Assembly (NCBI GenBank): GCA_963816395.1 | Contig: CAWFKQ010000013.1 | Coordinates: 95,936 to 159,935 of the forward strand | DNA length: 64,000 nt | Source: an uncultured delta proteobacterium | GTDB lineage: Bacteria; Desulfobacterota; Desulfuromonadia; Desulfuromonadales; JACZKF01 | Direction of reading: 5' to 3' | Part shown: positions 30,878 through 41,307 of the stretch, in pieces | How positions within the stretch are numbered: the first letter of the stretch is position 1 | Layout of the letters: the number at the start of each line of letters is the position of its first letter | The notes under the pieces: generated by a model | The model's database searches: none | What the model was told of the DNA's origin: nothing | The model's input: the letters and a program-made list of their open reading frames with translations, nothing else | Made by a program: the position numbers and the translations under genes

Positions 30878-31603
30878 ATGGGCGACACAATTTGCCAACT
30901 ACTGATCCCCCCCAAGAAAATAGACAGGCTGGGCGATCGCATCGCCGCCGATATAAAGACACTCATCCTCTCTGAGAAAATAGGGCCTGGGCAAAAGCTC
31001 CCCGCCGAGAGAGAACTCGCAGTTGCCTTGGGGGTGAGCCGCGTCGCAGTGAGGGAAGCTCTGCGGATTCTCGAGCACGCCGGTCTGCTGGAGACCACCG
31101 GATCCACGCGTGGCGGTGCAGTTGTGACCGATAAGCTGTATAAGCCAATGGCAGGCTCGATGGTAGACCTCCATGACAAGGGGCAGTTAACTCTGCAGCA
31201 TTTTGTCGAACTGCGCCGCGCCAATGAATGTTTCCTGATTCGACTAACTGCAGAGCGGGCGACCGCAGAGGATCTGACCAAACTGGCCGCCGTGAACAGG
31301 AGGATGCTCGACGACCAGGCGCGCGACTCTAGTTTCCAGGACAACAACATGGCCTTTCATCTGGCCCTCGCCGAGATCTCCGGCAACCCCTTGGGTGTGC
31401 TCATCGTCCGGTCTCTGTTCGAAATCCTGGGCGTTGTGCGGCCGTATTCCGTGCTGAGTCGGGAATTCATCAGGGACACCTATCGGCGCCACGATAGGAT
31501 TCTCTCGGCACTTCGGAGCCGGGACGCCGAACGGTGCGCTGAGGCCATGAAAGTGGATGTGGACCATACATACAAGGTGCAAGACGCGAGGACTTCCGAA
31601 TGA
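30878..31603 (+). CDS. GntR/FadR-family transcriptional regulator
   Basis: KLPAERELAVALGVSRVAVREAL HTH; FCD domain FHLALAEISGN, H..I..A. Confidence 0.9.
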   Translation: MGDTICQLLIPPKKIDRLGDRIAADIKTLILSEKIGPGQKLPAERELAVALGVSRVAVREALRILEHAGLLETTGSTRGGAVVTDKLYKPMAGSMVDLHDKGQLTLQHFVELRRANECFLIRLTAERATAEDLTKLAAVNRRMLDDQARDSSFQDNNMAFHLALAEISGNPLGVLIVRSLFEILGVVRPYSVLSREFIRDTYRRHDRILSALRSRDAERCAEAMKVDVDHTYKVQDARTSE

Positions 31604-31832
31604 ACCCCGGAGTACGCGTGGCGTACCCCGGAAGGCGAGGCAGAACCGAAGTGGTGCCAAGCCAATCCGAGACAGTTTGTCCATCAGCAACCGTTTCGGG
31701 GAATTATGCCCTTGGCGAAGGCGCCACCTGAAAGCTGTCCCGCCTGTCTGGAGCCGGTCAGATGAAGTCATGCTGCCGCGGCAGCTGGCCTTTTTTTGGC
31801 AAGCAGCACCCACAACAGAAGAGGAGAAAACG

Positions 31833-33053
31833 ATGAAGAAAGCTCTATCGGCAGTTCTCGCGTTGTTAGTGGTCCTGGCTATCCCCGTGGGCTCCCGGGC
31901 CCAACCCACGGAGACGTTAAAGATCGGCACCGTCCTGCCCCTCAACTTCGGGATGGGGGTAGATACGAAAAAGGCTCTCGAAATGCTCGTCGCGGACTTC
32001 AATGCGGCCGGCGGCATTACCATCAAGGGAAAGCAGTACAAGTTCGACCTCACCGTTTACGACGACAAATGGAAGGCAGAGGAGGGGCGGGCGGCAATCG
32101 AAAGGCTCATCTACCAGGACAAAATCAATTTCATGATCAGCATCATCACTTCCCCCACGATCGTCTCGGGGCTCTCCCTTTTCGAATCGGAAAAGGTGCT
32201 TAATTTCTGCAGCGGCAGCACGCCCAAACTCCTGAATCCCAAGCTCCATTACACCTTCGGCACCTCAACTACCCGTACCAGCGTGCCGCCTTTGTGGGCC
32301 ATGGTGGAGCGGGCTTTTCCGAAAGCGAAGACGGTCGTCTTCATCTCCCCCAATGACGAAGGGGGAAAAGCCCGGGCGGCTGCAGAAAAGAAAGTGGCGG
32401 AGGCCTTTGGCGTGAAGGTGATCGATACCCTGACCTATCAGCGGGACACCGTCGACTTCACCTCCATTGCGGCGAAAGCGGTGAGCTATAACCCGGACCT
32501 GATCGATTACCCCGGTGCCGACACCGGCACCCAATTCGGACTGCAGATCAAAGCCGTTCATGCCGCCGGCTTCAAGGGGGGGCAGATCACTGCCATCAAC
32601 CCGCGGTGGAACGAAGTGCGCGAGGTCGCGGGCAATGACGCCATGGAAGGCATTCTCCACAAACTGCCCGACACCGAGATGGCGGAGATGCCGCCGGCGG
32701 CGAAAGCCTTCAAGGAGGCGTTTACCAGCAAATACGGCAAGTGGTCGGATGCGAGCCTGCCCTGGATTCCCGCCTGGTACGCCTTGATTGCCGCCATCGA
32801 GAAGGCCGATAGCGTGGATTCCACCGTGATAGCCAAGATGATCGAGGAAAAAGGCCTGGAGTGGCAGAGGGTGGACGGCATGGCCCGCATGGTGCGCCGC
32901 CCCGATCAGGGGAATCTCCAGTACTGCGACTCGGTCGCAGAAACCGCCTACGCCCAGATACGAGACGGCAAAGTCGTCCCCCTGGGGCGGCTCTCGGTGG
33001 TCGACGTGATGGCCGCCAATGAAAGAGTCTTCGGCGGCGGCGCGTGGAAATAG
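31833..33053 (+). CDS. LivJ/LivK-type ABC substrate-binding protein
   Basis: Signal peptide MKKALSAVL; LKIGTVLPL, NAAGGI, YDD; GAGGAG RBS. Confidence 0.85.
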   Translation: MKKALSAVLALLVVLAIPVGSRAQPTETLKIGTVLPLNFGMGVDTKKALEMLVADFNAAGGITIKGKQYKFDLTVYDDKWKAEEGRAAIERLIYQDKINFMISIITSPTIVSGLSLFESEKVLNFCSGSTPKLLNPKLHYTFGTSTTRTSVPPLWAMVERAFPKAKTVVFISPNDEGGKARAAAEKKVAEAFGVKVIDTLTYQRDTVDFTSIAAKAVSYNPDLIDYPGADTGTQFGLQIKAVHAAGFKGGQITAINPRWNEVREVAGNDAMEGILHKLPDTEMAEMPPAAKAFKEAFTSKYGKWSDASLPWIPAWYALIAAIEKADSVDSTVIAKMIEEKGLEWQRVDGMARMVRRPDQGNLQYCDSVAETAYAQIRDGKVVPLGRLSVVDVMAANERVFGGGAWK

Positions 33054-33081
33054 GTGCCAGGCGAGGCGGGGAGGCGAGCAG

Positions 33082-33951
33082 ATGACCGGGGCGCTTTTTC
33101 TTCAGCTTCTCCTGAATGGGCTGGCTATCGGCATGACTTATGTGCTGGTCGCGTCGGGATTGATCCTGCTCCTCGGGGTGGTGAAGATCTTCAACTTCGC
33201 CCATGGAGAATTCTATATGCTGGGGGCTTATATCACCTTCGGCTGCGTCGAGTTCCTCAAGTGGAATTTCTTCCTGTCCATTGCTGCCGGGGTGGTGGCG
33301 GTGGGCCTCTGCTCGCTTCTCTGCTACCGTCTCATCTTCCATCATATCCGGGGTGATATCCTGCTCTGCACGGCGGCATCCATCGGCTTGTCGATGCTGA
33401 TCCAGCGGAGCGCCCTGCTCGGGTTCGGGAGCCAGGAACGCGGCCTGCGTTCTCCTTTTGGCGGAGCCTGGGGTGTTGCCGGCGTCCGCCTTCCCACCGA
33501 GCGGGTGGTGGTTATTCTGCTCTGTCTGACCGTCATGCTCGCCCTCTACCTGCTCCTCATGCGAACGAAACTGGGCAAGGCGATGCGCGCCGTGAAACTG
33601 GATAAGGAAGTGGCCGCTCTCCAGGGGATCAACACGGGGCGCATTTATCTGTTCACCTTTGCCGCCGGTTGCGCCCTGGCCGGCCTCGCCGGCGGTATCA
33701 TCGCCCCGGTATTCTCCATTACGCCCAACATGGGGCATGCACTCCTGCTCAACTGCTTCATGGCGCTCATCGCGGGGGGGCTCGAGAGCATGGTGGGCGC
33801 GGTGACCGGAGGTCTGATCATCGGCACGGTTCTCAGCTTCGGGTCTTTCTACCTGGGCGGGCTATCGGAGATCCTGCTCTTTGCCGTGATAGGGATCATC
33901 CTCGTGTTCAAACCAGGGGGGCTTTTCGGAGAGGCGGTGGCCCATGAATAG
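33082..33951 (+). CDS. LivH-like ABC permease
   Basis: NFAHGEFYMLGAY, TKLGKAMRAV, GLAG, KPGGLFG. Confidence 0.9.
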   Translation: MTGALFLQLLLNGLAIGMTYVLVASGLILLLGVVKIFNFAHGEFYMLGAYITFGCVEFLKWNFFLSIAAGVVAVGLCSLLCYRLIFHHIRGDILLCTAASIGLSMLIQRSALLGFGSQERGLRSPFGGAWGVAGVRLPTERVVVILLCLTVMLALYLLLMRTKLGKAMRAVKLDKEVAALQGINTGRIYLFTFAAGCALAGLAGGIIAPVFSITPNMGHALLLNCFMALIAGGLESMVGAVTGGLIIGTVLSFGSFYLGGLSEILLFAVIGIILVFKPGGLFGEAVAHE

Positions 33952-34945
33952 GGGAAAAATCGGAAAAGGGGGGCTTTTGGCGGTCTCGGGCGGACTGCTG
34001 TTGGTCTGCCTGGTGCCCTTCTGCATGGAATCCCGGTATCAGATCCACCTGGCCATCATGTCCTGCATCAATATCATGCTCGCACTTTCCTTTTCGGTGT
34101 TGTTCAGCGCCGGGCTCACCACCATCGGCGCTGCGGCATTCTGGGCCATCGGGGCGTATACCTCCACTCTGCTCATGACCCAGCTGGATATCTCTTTCTG
34201 GCTGGCGCTCCCCGCCTCGGGCGCGGCGGCGGCCCTGATTGCCGCCGGGGTCGGGGCAGTTATCGTTCGGACGCCCGGCGTGGCCTTCATCGTGCAGACC
34301 ATGGTGGTGAATATCATCCTCGTGGAGGTGTTCGGCCATTTCGAGTTCTTTGGGAGTTGGGGGGGGATACTCGATATCCCCGGCCCTGCCCTGGGCTCAT
34401 TCGAATTTGCCAGCAAGACGGCCTACTACTATCTCGCTCTTGCCCTCCTCGCCTTCCTGCTCTGTGCGCTCTGGGCCCTCTACTCTTCCCGGGTCGGCAG
34501 GGCGTGGCGCTCCATCCGCTTGAATCCCCGGTTGGCAGAAGCGGCAGGGATCGATGTTTTCCGCTACCGCCTGCTCGCTTTCGTGATCGGCTCGGCCGTG
34601 GCGGGGATAGCCGGAAGTTTCTACGCCCATTATTTCCGGACCGTCGAGCCGAACATGTTTTCCGTGTACAAGTCGATCTATGTCCAGATCTACAGCATCG
34701 TGGGAGGTTTGGAATACTACCTGCTGGGGCCGGTGGTTGGGGCTGCCCTGATGACCTTTGTGCCGGAGTTTCTGCGGGTGGGCAAGGAGATTGAACCGAT
34801 CCTGACGGGCGCCGTCCTCATCATGCTGGTGGTCTTTCTGCCGGGGGGGATCCTCAGCCTCCGGTCCCGTTTCCGGACCCTGCACCAAGCCCGCGGGCGC
34901 AAGCGGGAGCAGCGGGCGAACGCGGCGTGCCCGGAGGAGGCGTAG
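33944..34945 (+). CDS. LivM-like ABC permease
   Basis: AFWAIGAY, SRVGRAW, AGIAGSFYAH, VGG, FLPGG. Confidence 0.9.
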   Translation: MNRGKIGKGGLLAVSGGLLLVCLVPFCMESRYQIHLAIMSCINIMLALSFSVLFSAGLTTIGAAAFWAIGAYTSTLLMTQLDISFWLALPASGAAAALIAAGVGAVIVRTPGVAFIVQTMVVNIILVEVFGHFEFFGSWGGILDIPGPALGSFEFASKTAYYYLALALLAFLLCALWALYSSRVGRAWRSIRLNPRLAEAAGIDVFRYRLLAFVIGSAVAGIAGSFYAHYFRTVEPNMFSVYKSIYVQIYSIVGGLEYYLLGPVVGAALMTFVPEFLRVGKEIEPILTGAVLIMLVVFLPGGILSLRSRFRTLHQARGRKREQRANAACPEEA

Positions 34946-35752
34946 ATGAATGCCGCGCCGGCGCCTCTCTTCGAAGTGCAGAACCTGGCCAAGAATTTCG
35001 GTGGCCTGGCGGCTGTTCGCGATGTCAGCTTCGCCGTCAAACCTTCACAGATCGTTGGTCTGATCGGACCCAATGGGGCCGGGAAGAGCACCCTGTTCAA
35101 TCTCATCAGCGGGGTGCACCTTCCCACTTCCGGGAGGATCTTATTCCAGGGAAGAGAAATTACCAGGTTCGGCCCGCACCGGGTGGCGAAGCTCGGCATC
35201 GGTCGCGCCTTTCAGGCCGTTACGCTCTTCAAAAAACTCTCCACCTTCGAGAACGTGCTCAACGCCTTCCACCTGTTCTACCGGCAACCGGCCTGGAAGT
35301 CCTTTCTCCACACTCGGGCCGCTCGAGAAGAAGAAGCTGAGGCCGCGTCCGCGGCACTGGAACTGCTTGATCTAGTGGGGCTGACCAAGGAGAAAAATGA
35401 GCTCGCCGAGAACCTGCCCCATGGCCACCAGAAGATCCTCGGGGTGTGCATTGCCCTGGCAGTGCGACCCAAGCTGTTGCTCCTCGATGAACCGCTCTGC
35501 GGCATGCACCCCGAGGAGGCCGCAACCATGATCAAGGTCATCCAGCGGGTGCGGGAACAGGGGATCGCGATCATCCTGGTGGAGCACAATATCGATTCGG
35601 TCATGCGGTTGTGCGACCGTATCGTGGTCTTGAATTTCGGGAAAAAGATTGCCGAGGGGATGCCGGAGCATATTCGGAACCACCCCGAGGTCATCGAGGC
35701 TTACCTCGGCAGGGAAGACGAGGAGGGGGAGGGCTTGTGCTGCTTGAGCTGA
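34946..35752 (+). CDS. LivG-like ABC ATPase
   Basis: FGGL, GPNGAGKST, LLLDEP, EH, VIEAYLG. Confidence 0.9.
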   Translation: MNAAPAPLFEVQNLAKNFGGLAAVRDVSFAVKPSQIVGLIGPNGAGKSTLFNLISGVHLPTSGRILFQGREITRFGPHRVAKLGIGRAFQAVTLFKKLSTFENVLNAFHLFYRQPAWKSFLHTRAAREEEAEAASAALELLDLVGLTKEKNELAENLPHGHQKILGVCIALAVRPKLLLLDEPLCGMHPEEAATMIKVIQRVREQGIAIILVEHNIDSVMRLCDRIVVLNFGKKIAEGMPEHIRNHPEVIEAYLGREDEEGEGLCCLS

Positions 35753-36447
35753 AAAATATCAAGGTGCGCTACGACAAGGCAGAGGCGCTGCGGGGCGTGT
35801 CCCTCCACGTGGACGAGGGGGAGATCGTGGCGCTCATCGGCTCCAATGGCGCCGGCAAGACGACCACCCTGCGGGTTATTTCGGGTCTGGTCTCTCCCGT
35901 CTCGGGGGAGGTGCGCTTCGACGGCCAGCGGATCGACGGCCTGCCGCCGCACGAGATCGTGAAGCGGGGGATAGCGCACGTGCCGGAGGGGCGGCGGGTA
36001 TTCAGCACCCTCAAGGTGGAAGATAACGTGGAACTGGGCGCCTATCTGCGCCGCGACAAAGCTGCGGTGGCCAGGGACATGGAACGGATCTACAGCAGCT
36101 TTCCCGTCCTCAAGCAGCGGCGCAAGCAAGTCGCCGGCTCCCTCAGCGGCGGCGAACAGCAGATGCTTGCCATGGCCCGGGCGCTCATGGCCTCCCCCCG
36201 CCTGTTGCTCCTCGATGAGCCGAGCATCGGACTTGCCCCTCTCATGGTGAGGGAAATCGCACGCATCGTGACCGAGATCAACCGCCAGGGGGTGACCGTC
36301 ATCCTGATCGAGCAGAATGCGCGAATGGCCCTGAGACTGGCCCACCGGGGATACGTTCTGGACTTGGGCGATATCCTGCTCCATGGGCTCGCCGCGGATC
36401 TCGCCAGGGACGACACCGTAAAAAAGGCCTACCTGGGCGCCGCGTGA
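35737..36447 (+). CDS. LivF-like ABC ATPase
   Basis: GTG start; GSNGAGKTT, VPEGRRVF, LSGGEQQM, LLDEPSIGLAP, AYLG. Confidence 0.9.
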   Translation: MLLELKNIKVRYDKAEALRGVSLHVDEGEIVALIGSNGAGKTTTLRVISGLVSPVSGEVRFDGQRIDGLPPHEIVKRGIAHVPEGRRVFSTLKVEDNVELGAYLRRDKAAVARDMERIYSSFPVLKQRRKQVAGSLSGGEQQMLAMARALMASPRLLLLDEPSIGLAPLMVREIARIVTEINRQGVTVILIEQNARMALRLAHRGYVLDLGDILLHGLAADLARDDTVKKAYLGAA

Positions 36448-36582
36448 GAGATTGACGGGAGGGACCGGGCAGGCGTTCGCCTGCGGCGAATCCTCTCCCG
36501 CCTGCCGCGCGGGGACAGGGAGTCAAATGGAGCCGCGAAGGGTCCGGCCGGACCTTCTAACGAGTCTTTATAGGAGTGTAAG

Positions 36583-36846
36583 ATGCCTTTCCGCCACATT
36601 TACTTCAATGCGGATGTGTGCATGGGCTGTAACACCTGTGTCGACGTCTGCATGTGCGACGCCCTTGAGGCGAATCCCGTCCAGGGAGAGCCACCCGTGG
36701 AGCGGTATCCCGACGAATGTTGGTTCTGCGGCTGCTGCGTTACCCATTGCCCGCGGTCCGCGGAGGGCGCCATCGAGATCGTGACCCCGTTTCCGATGCG
36801 GGGAGCTTTCCTGAAGAAGAAAGCGGGGGGAACCAGTGGGAGCTAG
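36583..36846 (+). CDS. AprB-like 2x[4Fe-4S] ferredoxin
   Basis: CMGCNTCVDVC and YPDECWFCGCCVTHCP..GAI; AGGAG RBS. Confidence 0.85.
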   Translation: MPFRHIYFNADVCMGCNTCVDVCMCDALEANPVQGEPPVERYPDECWFCGCCVTHCPRSAEGAIEIVTPFPMRGAFLKKKAGGTSGS

Positions 36847-38606
36847 CGTAAAACTCCAGATTGTCCCGGTGGAGACCGATGTCCTCATCATCGGCGGTGG
36901 CCTTGCCGGCTGCATGGCCGCCATCAACGCCGCCGAGAAGGGCGACCTCCGGGTCACCCTGGTAGATAAATCGAACACAATTGCCAGCGGTTGCGCTGCC
37001 AACGGCATCGATCATGTTTGGGCGTACATCCCGCCGGTCCACGAAGAAATGGGATATACCCTTGACGATATGACCGAGGACCACCGGGTCGGAACGGCCT
37101 TCGGCTTTCTCCGGAAGGACCTCTTTCGCCTGGTGGCCGGAACGATGTACGAGCGGGTCCTCGACTTGGAGCGCTTCGGCCTTCGTTTTCGTTACGAGGA
37201 CAGTAAAGCGCCCGGAGGGTTTCGTATCGTCCGCAGTTCCAGAGCGTGCCCACTTCATTTAATTTTGACGGCCGCCCCTTGAAGAGAAAGCTGACCCAGG
37301 AGGCGCTTCGGCGCGGCGTCAAAATTGTCAATCGCGTCCAGATGACCGACTTCAACACCAAGGGCGGGCAGATCGCCGGGGCCATCGGGGTCGGCACGCG
37401 CACGGGAGACATCTACGATTTTCGTGCGAAGGCCGTGGTGCTGTGTACCGGTCGTTCGAATCGTCTGAGCCGCAACCCTCCGGAGTCGACTTCAATACCC
37501 GCCTCCCCAGCCCCCTGAGCGGCGATGGCACTTCTATGTCGATTTGCGCAGGACTCTCCATCATCAACAGCGAATCCTCTGCGGCCGCCTGCTCACCCCT
37601 GCGGCTGCTACAACCCCAATTACGGCGACCCGCGAAAGACGGTTCAGCCCGCGGCGCGCATCGTGGACGCGGAGGGACAGGTCATCGTCCCCGCACCGAG
37701 TTCTACGACTGGGACATGCTGGGCAGGGAACCCCTCGACGACGCGAGACGAGGCGCCGCTGGCTCGAGGACCGGCGGCTCTGGCGCGGCAACAGGGTAAC
37801 CCTGCCCAGGCGCATTGCCAACGGCGAAGGGCCGTTCTACCTCGATCTCGGCGAGGCCACGGATGCCGAACGGGACTACATCGCCTGGTCCATCAGCCAC
37901 GAGGGCAAGGGGACCGAGTTCCTGCGCTACTTTGAAGGCGAGGAGGGCCTTGACCTGCGGGAGAATCCCCAGGAGTACGCGGGATGGGCCAACCGCGAAC
38001 TCTCCGGCACGGCCGCCAAGGGCCTTTGGGTGACGAGCGACCTGGAGACGGAGATACGGAACCTTTTTGCCGCCGGCGACGAGGTGGGGGGGTTCCGTGG
38101 GCCGCCTCCCCGGGTGCCTTTGCCATGGGCTGGCACGCGGGCGGCATGGCGGCGGGGCGAGCCCGCGGAGAAAAGATCCTCCTGCCTGTCGATGATGCGC
38201 CGGCGCGATGGAGAAAACAGACCTGTGAGGAAATCATGGGCCGGAGGCGAGGCTTCTACTGGAAGGAAGTGGAGCTCTATCTCCAGAACCTGATGGACTT
38301 CTACTGCGGCGATGTGAGGGGGGAGGGACTTCTTCGCCGGGGCCTCGAGCGGCTGCGTATGCTCAGGAGGCGCCGCTGCGGGCTGAGAACCCTCACGAGC
38401 TCGCCCGGGCGCTCGATGTCATGTCGATACTCGACAATGCGGAGCTCGTGCTTCGGGCCTCGATCGAACGGCGGGAGACACGGCTGCCCTTCGATTTCCG
38501 GCGCGGGGATTGCCCCGAGCAGGACGACGAGCACTGGTTCGTGTTTCTGGCGGGGAGAAAGACGGGCGAGGGCTTCAGGTTCCGAAAGCTACCCATTGAG
38601 GGGTAG
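36836..38606 (+). CDS. AprA-like FAD-dependent oxidoreductase (SDH/FRD/APR flavoprotein superfamily), about five frameshifts
   Basis: ETDVLIIGGGLAG, SGCAANGIDH, AKAVVLCTG, LFAAGD, C-terminal RRETR..FRRGDCPEQDDEHW across several frames. Confidence 0.75.
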
Positions 38607-38818
38607 CTCGGAGGAGGCTGAGCGAGTGCGAAGGCCGTTCAGTGCAGGACGGAAGGCGAGATGATGTCGATGGGTGCCGTAAGGCCCAAGGCCGCTGAAA
38701 TTTTGGTCGGGCGAGCATTGGCCGACGGAATGATCGCTGGCGTGGACGCAAACGCGTAGGCTGTCCCGGCCGGGCTTGACCAATGGGACCCCCAGCGGAA
38801 GAAGAAAGGAAGAGGAAT

Positions 38819-40797
38819 ATGTCGCACTGGTACGAAGCCCTGGGTCTCTCTGATTGTGAATCTCTGGAGTGGCCTTACCCTGTTCGTTACGGATTCGAAA
38901 ACGAAGTGGAGACTGATGTGCTTGTCCTCGGGGGAGGGCCGGCGGGTGTAATGGCGGCGATCAGCGCGGCGAAACTGGGTGTACAGGTTGCACTTGTGGA
39001 AAAATCGCATCCCAAAAGCGGTGGGGGCACGGGAGTCGACCACTGGCTCTTTACTCCCAATCCCTGTTCAGAGATTACGCCGGAGGAGTGTGCCCAGGCC
39101 GAGGTGAAATCGTATAAGGGCTACGCGAACGGAATGAGCCGCTACATCGCCTCGCGGGAGAGCTACGATACTCTGCTGGAGATTGAGGAGATGGGTGGGA
39201 AGATTCGGGACACTGAGGACGAGTTTGGCGGCGCGCCCTTCCGCTGTGAAAAGACGAAGTACCTCTTCGCCTACGATTATACGAATAATATCCACTTCCG
39301 GGTCTGGGGAACAACTTTCAAACCCGCGATTTAAAAACATGTCAGAAACTCGGGGTGAAGATGTACCCGAGGGTGATGGTCACGAGTCTGCTCACAGAAG
39401 GCGGAGAAACGGGAGGGCGGGTTGTCGGAGCGACGGGGCTTCAGACGAGGACCGGTGAGTTCTATACTTTCCGGGCCAAGGCGGTGGTGAACTGCCTCGG
39501 TTTCAATGAAAGCAATTGGGCTTTTTCTTCCGAGTTAACAGGACTTCCTTCGTTCCATCCCAACGTTGTGGCGGATGGCCCCGCCGTTGCGTGGCGCGCG
39601 GGGGCCGAGTTCGCCATGATGGAGAAGTCCTGCCCGGCTCCGCCCCCCGGCTATCAGTTCCCGACTTACGGGACCGGCAATCCCAAGAATACCTGGTACC
39701 CGTGCAGCATGGTCGATGCGAACGGCAAGGAGATCCCATGGACAGATGTGTCGGGTGGCCCGATCTCCAACCTCGCGGATCGGACCAGGCCCGGCCCTGG
39801 CGAGAAGTTCATCGCGGAGCGTTGCCCTCTTCCTGAATATGGATGGCACCGCGTCGCAGATGATCTGGCCGATCGGATCCGGGCCGGCGAGTTCATGCTT
39901 CCGCTCTACGCCGACTTGCCAGGCATGCCGGAGCACGAGCGCAAGGTGATCTGGGGGATGATGGTCGGGCAGGAAGGGAGGACGCAGGTTCCCGTGCTCG
40001 AAACGTACAGTGACGCAGGCTTTGATTCGGAGCGGGACCTCTTGCAGAGTTACACCATGCTGCTGGGGGAACCGATGAGCGGACTTCAGAAGACGATGCT
40101 GCCCCAGATCCGCGGTCGGGGCCCCTTCGGCAGCCCAGGAGGACTCGTGACCGACTGGAATCTCATGACGAACATCGAGGGCCTGTTCGCGGCAGGCAGC
40201 GCACTGTTTGCGTCAAATTACTATCATCACGCCGCGACCACCGGGCGCTATGCAGGGCGCAAAGCGGCCGAGTTCGCCCTGATCCACAGCGAATACAAGC
40301 CGAAGGCCCATCACGAGCAGGTATCCAGGGAAATGAGCCGGGTCTATGCCCCCGTCCTCAGGACCTGTGGGATGGACTGGAAAGAATTGCGGGCGGGGCT
40401 TTGTCGGGTGATGCAAAATTACTGCGGAGACATCAAGAACGCGGAACTGCTGAGAATTGGCAAGATGTGGCTCGCCGATATTGAGGAAAATGTCTTTTGC
40501 GAGGCTTACGCCGCCAACCCGCACCAGTTGATGCGAGTCCTGGAAAGCATGAACTATCTTTATTGTGACGACCTGATCCTGAGCGCCTGTCAGGAGCGAA
40601 GAGCAAGCAGCAAACCTCTCGGCTTTTTCAGGCAGGATTTCCCGGCAGACGATCCTTCGGATTGGCACAAACTGATCACGGTCAGACAAGAGGAAGGAGA
40701 AGTGCGGTCAAGGACGCTGGATCTCGAATTCTGGGGACATCTTAAGACAGCTTACACTGAGCATAATCGTGAATACCGCGGATATCTCTCTCAATGA
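38819..40797 (+). CDS. Second AprA-like FAD-dependent oxidoreductase (frameshift near 39332)
   Basis: ETDVLVLGGGPAG, GVDHW, AKAVV, TNIEGLFAAG, FFRQDFPADD..W; one base missing in FKPAI(Y)KTCQKLGVK. Confidence 0.8.
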
Positions 40798-41114
40798 GCA
40801 AGGAGCAACCGACTATGGAAATTCGAGCCAAAGCCCTAGCCGTCCCCAATATGCCCGGAGCGAGTCGCCCGGTGACCTTCAATAGCGAGATCTGCAACGG
40901 CTGCAATGCCTGTGTGGAGATCTGCATCATGGACATCCTCCTGCCCAATCCTAGTCAGGGAAAGCCGCCGGTCCTCCTCTATCCCGAGGAATGTTATTAC
41001 GACGGAATCTGCGTAAAGACGTGCCAGCGGGCCGGCGCCATCAAGCTCAATCATCCCCTCATGAATCGTGCTTGCTGGAAGCGCAAGGAGACGGGAGAGC
41101 ACTCCCGGACGTGA
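40794..41114 (+). CDS. Second AprB-like ferredoxin (Cys-to-Asp in cluster 2)
   Basis: CNGCNACVEIC and YPEECYYDGICVKTC..GAI; ATGA overlap with the upstream flavoprotein. Confidence 0.82.
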   Translation: MSKEQPTMEIRAKALAVPNMPGASRPVTFNSEICNGCNACVEICIMDILLPNPSQGKPPVLLYPEECYYDGICVKTCQRAGAIKLNHPLMNRACWKRKETGEHSRT

Positions 41115-41195
41115 CAGGTGGCTCTCCGCCGCCAGCCTGTTTCAACAACCGGGGCCAATCTCTCTTGTTTTAGAAAGTCGGCATTCTTCCCACCA

Positions 41196-41223
41196 TTGAC
41201 AACCATAGTATTTCGGCTAGATT
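41196..41223 (+). promoter_or_regulatory. Sigma70-like promoter upstream of opgG
   Basis: TTGACA, 16 nt spacer, TAGATT. Confidence 0.45.
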
Positions 41224-41307
41224 TAGCAAAATTAAGAAATACAAAGAGCGCCCCTCCCTTCGGCGGGGCTTCTGAATCCTTCGCAGCAGGCATGGAGAGG
41301 GGGCGGC

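Noticed and set aside
36583..41114. Canonical aprAB (sulfate reduction) or sdhA/frdA/nadB
   Set aside because: Diagnostic AprA and SdhA motifs are absent, the ferredoxins lack the long AprB tail, and there are no sat, qmo, dsr or membrane-anchor genes.
30480..41230. Integrative element or transposon carrying the flavoprotein module
   Set aside because: No integrase, transposase, tRNA or flanking att-like repeats were seen; only composition suggests foreign origin.
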